Assembly: GCA_951406725.2 (NCBI GenBank)
Contig: OX597824.1
Location: 6,138,001 to 6,202,000 of the forward strand
Reading direction: 5' to 3'
Source of the DNA: Octopus vulgaris
Lineage: Eukaryota
Length of the DNA stretch: 64,000 nt
Position 1 is the stretch's first letter. Every line of letters starts with the position of its first letter. Below, piece after piece: positions 54,089-64,000 of this stretch. The position numbers and the translations under genes are program-made. A model generated the notes under the pieces. It was not told the origin of the DNA. It did not search any database and worked only from the letters and a program-made list of their open reading frames with translations.

Positions 54089-54161
<73 letters not shown>

Positions 54162-54172
54162 GTATATATATG

Positions 54173-54229
<57 letters not shown>

Positions 54230-54353
54230 TATATATATACATATATATATATATATACACACATATATATATACAGATATATATATATGTGTGTAAATGT
54301 ACTTTTGTATATTTATATATACGTTAGAAGTATATGCACTTATATATACATAC

Positions 54354-54412
<59 letters not shown>

Positions 54413-55694
54413 TACACATTATACATATTCTCAGACAATAAATTGATATCACGTGCTGTATCATATCTGATTTACAGAAGTAAATTGTAAACAAGTGAGA
54501 GGTCATTTCACAACTAAGTTTGTAATTCATTGAAACCAGGTTTTCATTATAAGAGGATTAAAATATATAACGGTCATATTTTCTGGTTCACCATTCTTTA
54601 ATAATATCTCATTCTATATAATTTCCCTTTTAACTGTAGTCGATATGAATGGCCTTTCTCCCGTTCTGGTGTTTCAGAAAGCACGAAGTGACGACCTTAT
54701 TTAATGCAAAGTAAGTGAGCAAGCAACTCTCCTTAAATCAAATTAATTTCATTCATAGATACTTGTGTCCCTCTCCTGAAGTTCATTTATATGATACCTT
54801 CCAGGATCCTAGAAAGTAAGGTATTAATTTGACATTTATGATTAAACCTTTGCTAAATGAGTCATTGGATTATATGAAACGTATTATTTACTTCAGCTAA
54901 TAAGGTAAATGTTGGTATTTCGATGTTACATCTGGTCTTCGTTTTGTCAAAATTTCTAAGTTTCATGCTGTATTTTTGCTAACCATGCGTTCTTGTGACC
55001 AGAAACGAGAGGGCATCATTTTCGTTCAGTAAATTGAAGCTATAATTTTCAAAGGTTTCGTATTACAGATTTCATAAATAAAAATTGCATACCATTTTCA
55101 CTAGAGAGGGAGAGGAGGGATGGAAGGAAAGAACGAATGAAGTGTGAGTGAGTGAGTGAAAGAGAGACAGAGAGATGTAAGAGACCCTTATAGATATAGT
55201 TATAGAAAGGCTTTAATATATTATATATTATATTTATTAAGTGAATATAAAAGAAAAAAGGCTAACGATGATGTCAAAGGAAATGTTTACAGACAAGATT
55301 AATCTATTTCAAGTTTCTAGTTCAAAGTGTATCTAACAAATCTAAATTATAGATTCTTCGAAAGAAAAAGTCTGATCAATAATCTGATAGTTTAAGGTTT
55401 TATAAATAGAAAACGCATAACGAAGTTGAGATGCGATAATACTTAATAATTTCTATGAACTTGCGCATTTTTCACATTAGGAATTAGGTTTTCGAGAATA
55501 AAATTAGTGCCATAAAAATTTCTTGCAGAAATGTAGGATGATTAAGGAAAACACACACACGCGTCAATCTCTCACTCTATCTATCTATCTCTCAATCTCT
55601 CAATTTATCTATCTATTCATCTATCTGTTTATGTATCCGTTTATCGATCTATACATTTATATATTATTATATGTGCGTGTGTTTGTGTGTGTAT

Positions 55695-55738
<44 letters not shown>

Positions 55739-56022
55739 GTATGTTCGAGTGTATGCTTATATATATGTATATGTGAATATAAGTCACAGTGTATGAATTC
55801 AAGTAATCCAGCGGTACTCATAGACAAATCGCTTCAACGTATCCTTCTACAAAACCTATAGAATGTATAGTGCAATACAAGAGTAAAATGTATATATGCA
55901 TGTATGTATGTATGTACGTATGTATGTATGTATGTATGTATGTATGTATGTATGTATGTATGTATGTATGTGTATGCGTGAGTATGTGTGTGCGTGCGTG
56001 CGTGTTTGCATGTATGTATACA

Positions 56023-56233
56023 CGAGGGTGTGCCGGAAATTCCTGGCTTTGATGGTTTCGCGAAGAGCCTGGTAGAAGGCCCAAAGTTCCGACTTCATTT
56101 ACAAGGCCTAGAAAAATGATGGACGGCTATAAGTGTTTGAATCTGAAAGGAGACTAAGTTGAATAAAATCATAATTAACTGATCCTCCCTTATTTTTTTT
56201 ACCCCAATCCAGGAACTTTTCAGCACTACCTCG
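56023..56233. mobile_element. Mariner-type MITE
   Basis: TIRs CGAGGGTGTGCCGGAAATTCCTGG and CCAGGAACTTTTCAGCACTACCTCG, TA-type flank. Confidence 0.75.
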
Positions 56234-56456
56234 TATACACACTCACCCACATACCAACATACACGTGTGCGCGCACGCGTACATATATGCATATGAGTGT
56301 GTGCGTGTGTGTGTGTGTGTGTATGTCTGTGTGTGTATAAATATATATGTACTTTTATATCGTTTTGTCATTCTCTTTCGACAGTAATATATATTATTTA
56401 TTTGGAAAAATACATTAGAATGAGGGAAAATGGAAGGGTTATGACCATTATGGGCT

Positions 56457-56821
56457 CTTTGCCTTTCATCCCGAAAGGGTGAAAGGCAAAGTCGACCTCG
56501 ACGGGATTTGAACTCAGAACGTAACGGCAGACGAAATACCACTACACATTTCGCCCGGCGTGCTAACGTTTCTGCCAACTCGCCGCCTTTACAATAATAT
56601 TAATCATTTCTACTCTAGGCACAAGGCCTTGGAAATTTGGGGGGAAGGGAGAAAGTCGATTAAATCTACCCCAGTGCGTAACTGGTACTTATTTCATCGA
56701 CCTCGGAAGAATGAAAGGCGAAGTCGACCTCAGCGGAATTTGAACTCAGAACGTAGCGCCAGACGAAATACCGCTAATCATTTCGTCCAATGCGCTAACG
56801 ATTCTGCCAGCTCGCCGCCTT
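56457..56821 (-). mobile_element. Two adjacent SINE family B copies
   Basis: Heads end at about 56588 and 56821; the second is followed by (AAT)n. Confidence 0.85.
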
Positions 56822-56831
56822 TGCAATAATG

Positions 56832-56891
<60 letters not shown>

Positions 56892-57133
56892 GTAATAAGA
56901 ATAATAATGCGGAAAGCAGAAACTTATTGTACTATATGAACTAAATACATCCAAGTTACAGAGTTGTTGAATACATAAAAAAATTGATTAGTATTATCGT
57001 ATAAATACACGCAAGAGATTTCCAATCTTTTTTTAAGCGTATCATCTTTTTCTGTGGTATTCTTAGCAATATACAATCAACTTAGCAAGTATTTTAATAG
57101 TTCTTATCATTGTTATTGTTATTATTATCATCA

Positions 57134-57200
<67 letters not shown>

Positions 57201-59533
57201 GAAATATCCTCTTTTATCAAAAATGTATTTTTGCAAGATGAAATGAAAGAACAACTGAAAGTATAAAATATCAAATTATCGTGAAGACAAAAAACAGAAC
57301 TACGTTACCAAGGAAACATACACATACACATTTATAAACATATAGATAGATACACACATATACATATAATATATATATATATACACACACACATGATATA
57401 CATACATATATTTTGTGCGTGTTTATGTATGTGTGTGAATGTTTAAAAGAGCGTCCATTTGATTGGTCTGAGTGTGTCGATCCTAGATTATACCGATATA
57501 AGTACAAAGTGTTATGAGTTTTGCACACCAAGTATATGAATTAAAATGAACTGAAACGAAAAAAAGAGTATTTTAAATTGGAAATGAATTTACAGAAAGA
57601 CACAAATATGTTAAAATAATACGTTAAGCTTCTCGTTCGTTTGTCTCTCCGCAAAAATAATTAACAAGAAACAAAAATTAAAAAAACAATTAGAATTTTT
57701 TCGAAAAGTGAAAGAAGTATCTGTCCAAGGAAAAGATTTAAGTTTGATAAATTCACAAAAAATTAATGATGGAAAAGTAAAATCACAAACTAGCAATTAT
57801 TGTGTTTCTGTATATTTTTTCGTAAGAAAGGATTTTCAGCAATGGAGACTACAGGAGCCAAATTTCTTACTAAAATGTATAATTGACACGAACTATTAGA
57901 AAATTCGTCCGTATAAAAATTAAAATTATCAAGATATAAAGGTGGGAAGCATATTTGTAACTGGGGTAAAATGAGTACTTTTTGACTTCGCGATATTTTC
58001 CCCTTGCCTGTTTGAAATCATTACACTACAAGTAGTAAATCATCATTTTGTACAGTTGTATCGTCATTAGGAGTATAATCCGATCAGCATAGTTGTTGTT
58101 GAAGTTGAGAGATGTTGGAATATAGACAGGGGATGGGTACTTTTTCCCCAGATATTTTCCCTCGTCTTTGACGCTATTGTAATTGAGGTTTCTAATAAAA
58201 TATCTCGTTTAACAATCATTATTCTTTTCTCTGATTGCAAGACTGCACGTGGAGTCAACATGATCAATAGTTTCATTTTGTTGTTGACATACACGACATT
58301 ATTATCATTATTATTGTTGTTGTTGTTGTTGTAGAATATAAAGTTATAAAAGATACAGAAGCGACAAAGAGATCGAAAATGAATGAAACAGCAATACCCA
58401 TCAACATAAATTATTTCTTTTGGGGATTGCTGGAAAGCTAATGGAATTTAACTCAGAAATATTCCTTTCCGATTCATGAATGAACTAAAATAAATCTACA
58501 GTTAGTAGCTACAGGATGGGGATATTTCGAATTCAGGCAGATTTACTTCCTGTAGAGGACTCAATAATCGATTTCATGGAATTGAATATTTTGAACAAAT
58601 GGAATATATGAACTAGGCATGGCAGTAATATCTGTACAAAAACCTTTTCTTTCATGATTTCCTGTAAGTTCTGAAAAAAGTGTAAACTCAAATCTAATGT
58701 GTGTGTGTATGTGTGCATGCGCTTCTCTGTATAGAAGTATGCATTTATATATGAGTAAGTATATGTCTTTATTGTGTAGAGATCGGGCAATACCGTAATA
58801 TAATAATTATTGATTTCTCGGTAATATGGATTCCATTTACTGAAGTAGAATATGAAAACTGGCTCAAACCACCATTTTTGGATGTAAGGCATTTCTTTCT
58901 CTTTAGAACAAAACCTGTTATCAAATTTAGCGACTATTTTTGTCGACGAGAGTATAGAAGCTATTTCATATTCATAGAAGTAACACTAATGAAGTAAACA
59001 AAGAACATTGGCCTCGTGGATAAACTGAATGTAAATGAAAGACTTTCCTACTCGAGTACTTTTTAATGGAGTACAATGGTAAATATAGGAAACGTGGTTT
59101 TATCTTCAAACTCTATAAGCGGTCAACTTTTATAAATATTGAATTAAAGATATTATGTTTCTTGCGATGCTAATCTAGTTTTGGTAGTAGTTCCGTCGGT
59201 AGAGGAATCTTAGGTCAGATAAGAATGTCTGAAATTCATTCTCCTTTCTGTCTGTCTTGTTATTGTAAATTAACATTCAATGAGCTAAAGCTGCAGATAA
59301 ATTACAATTGAATGCCTTCCAGAATAACATTTTTCCAAACAAGTGAACGCAAATTGCATCAGGTTTTCCAATAATGTAGCATAAGTAGAATAGGAGCAAG
59401 TATAGGCTCAGTAAATCAGAAATATGCTTCAAACATTTATAAATAGGATAAGAAAAGGTGGGAAAGCAATTGCGGGGAAAATTGCTAAATTTTCACTGAT
59501 GCAAGCGACCGAATGCATGAATGATATATATTA

Positions 59534-59947
59534 TATTTCTTTGTTGCCCACAAGGGGCTAAACATATAGGGGACAAACAAGGACAGACAAAGGGATTTAG
59601 TCGATTACATACCCTATGCGTTACTGGTACTTTATTTATCGACCACGAAAGGATGAAAGGCAAAGTCGACCTCGGCGGAATTTGAACTCAGAACATAGCG
59701 GCAGACGAAATACCTATTTCTTTACTACCCACAAGGGGCTAAACACAGAGAGGACAAACAAGCACAGACAAACGGATTAATTCGATTACATAGACCCCAG
59801 TGCGTAACTGGTACTTAATTTATCGACCCCGAAAGGATGAAAGGCAAAGTCGATTTCGGCGGAATTTGAACTCAGAACGTAGCGGCAGACGAAATACCGC
59901 TATACATTTCGCCCGGCGCGCTAACGATTCTACCAGCTCGCCACCCT
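59534..59947 (-). mobile_element. SINE family B dimer with 12-bp TSD
   Basis: Two units of about 180 bp and one head. TGATATATATTA at 59522 and 59952. Confidence 0.9.
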
Positions 59948-60079
59948 CAACTGATATATATTAGTCATGTATATATACATGACGTGATATATACATGACG
60001 GATTATTTTATAAAATAATCGATTTAAAGATTATTTATTAAACAAAAACTAAGCTGATTTTACTTCACACTGTACCAGT

Positions 60080-61230
60080 TAATGCCAAATTATTCATAGA
60101 ATGTAGCACAAAATCCCTACGGAGATACACATTTCTTTGTGTTCAGCAAAATTCTCATCACTTATTTTGTCGCACGATGTTGGCAGCAGTTGTACATTCG
60201 TCCATGACAAGCAGGCTATTGGCACTTAGATCAAAGGTAGTGCCGGATGGTATTTAAATACCATGTTGTAAATCTATTTTAGCATGTTCAATCCGACATT
60301 ATCTTGCAAATCACATGTTCAGGATGAGCTGTATCCATATTTTAGCGACAAACCTTACAAATAGGCATCTTCTGACAAACAGGAATAAAAATAAATTTAC
60401 ACTTAGCATTTGTTCACGCAATTCCATATAATTCTACGCAAACATTCTTCACTTTCTGATTCCATTACTCATATAGTTAAATCAAAATTACTTTGTGATT
60501 CAGAATAATAACTTGTGAGAGATGGTACAATGAATAAATGAAAATGTCTCTGACACTCAGAATTCAACTATCAATATTTCTCCTTCCAAACGTTCATTGA
60601 ATTCTGCTGGATACTGCTGCATAAACAATGTTGGTGCATTCGCAAACATTTTGCATAGACATAGGGAACAATAGAAAAGTTATTGCAAGCTAGATTAATT
60701 ATTTCTTGTTTATATTCGGAAATGATAAAATACCTTCAAGATATAGATATATTTTCTCCTTCAAAACCAGTACCGATAACGGAAAATTTGAGAATACCCT
60801 ACGTCACGACAGCTTAACATTTCTATAACATATCCGATCATCTCACTGCGGTAATACATAAAATATAACGGGATAATAATCGATGCAATGCCTTTGATTA
60901 TAGGTCTTGCAAATCACATTAGCACTGGGACTCACCAACAACAAAAACAATATCAACAGCAGTATTATATTCATAGATCATAACACCGGATATTTTCCAG
61001 ACGTTCGTATGGACGTTAAAGATATATTACACCTTTAGTTATTATTGATTAACACCAAGTCCACCAAGGAAGAACAGAATTATGTACACAAGGCATTCTA
61101 GCAGTGCCCCTCAGAACCCTCATAATATTTTCTCCCCTGTAAAGTGTTTAGTATTCCATTATGCAATGGAATCTCAAATTTAACAGTAAGGTGTGATATC
61201 AGGGGTACTTAGCTGATTTTTCTTCTTAGT
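60080..61230 (-). pseudogene. Possible highly decayed Helitron RepHel (Pif1-helicase-proximal) relic
   Basis: Short minus-strand peptides in Helitron-like order: PLISHLTVKFE, LVSPSA, LCKMFA/NSMNVWKEKY, KFIFI, PSGTT...LVMDECTT..NIVRQ. Many stops and frameshifts; eye-level similarity only. Confidence 0.35.
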
Positions 61231-61593
61231 TTGCGCAACAGTGCACATATAGGCCACATCACCGCTCCTCTCATTCAATCTTCCGGTGATTTCATGAAGT
61301 CATTCAATGAGAAATATTTCGCTGCGCATTCAAATCAAAAATCTTCGCTGGTTTAATATTTTCTCCCCAGTGATGTGATGTCATGGGCAGTGTCCGCGAA
61401 CGAATTGACGACTAAAGACAACCAATGCCTTTAGAGTGTGACGTCAGTTAAGCACATCATGATTCCAGCAACATTTACGATAGAAGATACTATCTAGAGA
61501 CACCATTGCACTTAATCTGACCTCTGATCTTCCCTATTTCTACTTAATTCTACAACTACGTTCCTCTGTGCTTACAAAAAGCAACAAGCAACA

Positions 61594-61756
61594 AGGCACA
61601 GGAGTGGCTGTGTGGTAAGTAGCTTGCTTACCAACCACATGGTTCCGGGTTCATTCCCACTGCGTGGCACCTTGAGCAAGTGTCTTCTACCATAGCCTCG
61701 GCCCGACCAAAGCCTTGTGAGTGGATTTGGTAGACGGAAACTGAAAAAGCCTGCTG

Positions 61757-61813
<57 letters not shown>

Positions 61814-62048
61814 GTGTGTGCGTGTGTGTGTGTGTGTGTGTTTGTGTATCTGTGTCCCCCCAAAATCGCTTGGCAACCGATGTCGGTGTGCTTACGTCCC
61901 CGTAACTTAGCGGTTCGGCAAAAGAGTCCGATAGAATAAATACTAGGCTTATAAAGAATAAATCCTGGGGTCGATTTGCTCGACTAAAGGCGGTGCTCCA
62001 GCATGGCCACAGTCAAATGATTGAAACAAGTAAAAGAGTAAAAGAGTA
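61594..62048 (+). mobile_element. SINE family A, full length
   Basis: Head, internal (TA)n(TG)n, tail AAAAGAGTAAAAGAGT. Confidence 0.9.
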
Positions 62049-62508
62049 TACATTTTACTCCTAAGATATAACACAGAGACAGCTAGGAAGCCACTGGTTG
62101 GTCGTTCTCTCTGCAAGAAATAGTAGCTGAATATTCTTTATATAATATCCTGCTGTCTTGGAAGAGAGGAAGGAATTATTAAAGAATATTTTCTTAGACA
62201 TACTACATTTTGAAAAATAAATGTGGGGCATTAATATAAAACATTTGATCACGCGTCTGCTCTATCAGAGTTGGTCCAGGGTTATACAGAAACAACAGCA
62301 GCAGTTGATACCTGGTGATGTCGACCAAATAAATACGTCGTCTGAATAGGTTCCTGGTGAGACTGATTTTATGTTGCTGTCATTGTACTTTGTAGTTGGT
62401 TTATCTTTGTTTTTGCTTTATTCTACATTGTACATGCAGAGGCGATATCGATGACCTCAGCAGGCGCTTAGCAAAATTTGTTTCATAAAATTTGTGCCCA
62501 ATTTAAAA

Positions 62509-62591
62509 TTCTTCTTCTTCTTCTTCTTCTTCTTCTTCTTCTTCTTCTTCTTCTTCTTCTTCTTCTTCTTCTTCTTCTTCTTCTTCTTCTT
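62509..62591. repeat. (TTC)n microsatellite
   Basis: Direct reading. Confidence 0.95.
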
Positions 62592-63009
62592 GTCGTCTCT
62601 TCCTTCCTCTTCTATCGATTTTTCATCCCCAAACCCATAAATTTATCTACTTTGTTATTCACGCTTTACCTGCCCTGTGCATCTTTTCACAATATTCATA
62701 TTTTCCTCATTATTTACATTTTGTTTCCTCCTCCATATAAGCAAAACTCAAAGTCTGGCAGACACACAATACAAGAGAACACTTTTGATGCAGGCCTGAG
62801 TAAGCAGCACTTAAGGGTTTAAAACCGCAAACATTACTTACATTTCGACGGAGAACTTTTGTGTGAACTGACAACGATAGCAGATTTGGTGCAGAAACAA
62901 TTGTAAGTGATCGTTGGAGATGGATTAAAGGCAGTCATTGTCCTCTCATTTAGTTTGGTTTGTGTGCGTGTGTGTTTGTTTGTGTGTGTATGTGTGTATG
63001 GGTGTGTGT

Positions 63010-63065
<56 letters not shown>

Positions 63066-63336
63066 TTATTCAGTTTTTATTTCAAGAATTCTTGCCAATA
63101 GAGAAAGAACCGGTTGGGATTTCAACATTATTAACAGAGCATTTTTTGTTTGTATGTGTGTTCGTAGGTACGTATGTATGTATACGTGAAGATTTGTACG
63201 TTTTGTTTTATATATGTATTTACATGTATATAGTTGAGTGTCTGGAAATGCTCATATATACTTAAGTTATAAAATTCTGGCAAATTTTACTGATCCGCAC
63301 TGTTCCAATGTCTTCGAATTAGCTTTCTACTTTCTG

Positions 63337-63540
63337 ATGTATGTATGTATGTATGTATGTATGCATGTATGTATATATGTATGTATGAATGTACGTATGT
63401 ATGTATGTATGTATGTATGTATGTATGTATGTATGTATGTATGTATGTATGTATGTATGTATGTATGTATGTATGTATGTATGTATGTATGTGTGTGTAT
63501 GTGTGTGTATGCATGTATGTATATGTATATATGTGTGTGT
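63337..63540. repeat. (TATG)n microsatellite
   Basis: Direct reading. Confidence 0.95.
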
Positions 63541-63627
63541 GTTCTCGCGCTTAAATTATCTGGGTAATAGCCTTAAATCAGGCATTTAAATGCTCCTACG
63601 CTGTTCTCGGCTACCTTATGCCATCAT

Positions 63628-63793
63628 AGGCGCAGGAGTGGCTGTGTGGTAAGTAGCTTGCTAACCAACCACATGGTTCCGGGTTCAGTCCCACTGCGTG
63701 GCATCTTGGGCAAGTGTCTTCTGCTATAGCCCCGGGCCGACCAATACCTTGTGAGTGGATTTCGTAGATGGAAACTGAAAGAAGCCTGTCGTA

Positions 63794-63842
<49 letters not shown>

Positions 63843-64000
63843 TTGTGTGTCTGTGTTTGTCCCCCTAGCATTGCTTGACAACCGATGCTAGTGTGTTTAC
63901 GTCCCCGTCACTTAGCGGTTCGGCAAAAAGAGACCAATAGAATAAGTACTGGGCTTACAAAAATAATAAGTCCCGGGATCGAGTTGCTCGACTAAAGGCG
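63628..64000 (+). mobile_element. SINE family A, cut by the window end
   Basis: Near-identical to the reverse complement of 2630-2991. Confidence 0.9.

Noticed and set aside
54660-54825. AG...GTAAG-bounded micro-exon candidates
   Set aside because: Such motifs arise by chance; no gene context.

Overview
AT-rich, microsatellite-dense eukaryotic DNA, intergenic or intronic, with no recognisable host gene. The SINE families and (TA)n/(TATG)n/(GATA)n load suggest an octopus genome, but that is inference only. Nearly all ORF-track entries are microsatellite read-throughs. The real content is mobile DNA. (1) A near-intact Penelope-like element (PLE, RT + Cys linker + GIY-YIG) at 34.0-38.4 kb has an upstream ORF joined to the RT frame by a U-UUU-UUA heptamer in exact -1 frameshift register, and a hammerhead ribozyme (HHR) with a U3:A8 core. 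(2) Two decayed PLEs. (3) At least five small hairpin-plus-tail PLE end insertions in (TA)n tracts, two with recognisable minimal HHRs, plus several isolated HHR-like relics. (4) A 2 kb ORF1-only (CCHC zinc knuckle) retroelement inserted with a target-site duplication (TSD) into a SINE head. (5) L1/Tx1 and CR1/L2 fragments, mariner derivatives, Helitron-type relics and about 17 tRNA-derived SINE copies, some multimeric. All motifs and alignments were read by eye; no searches were run.
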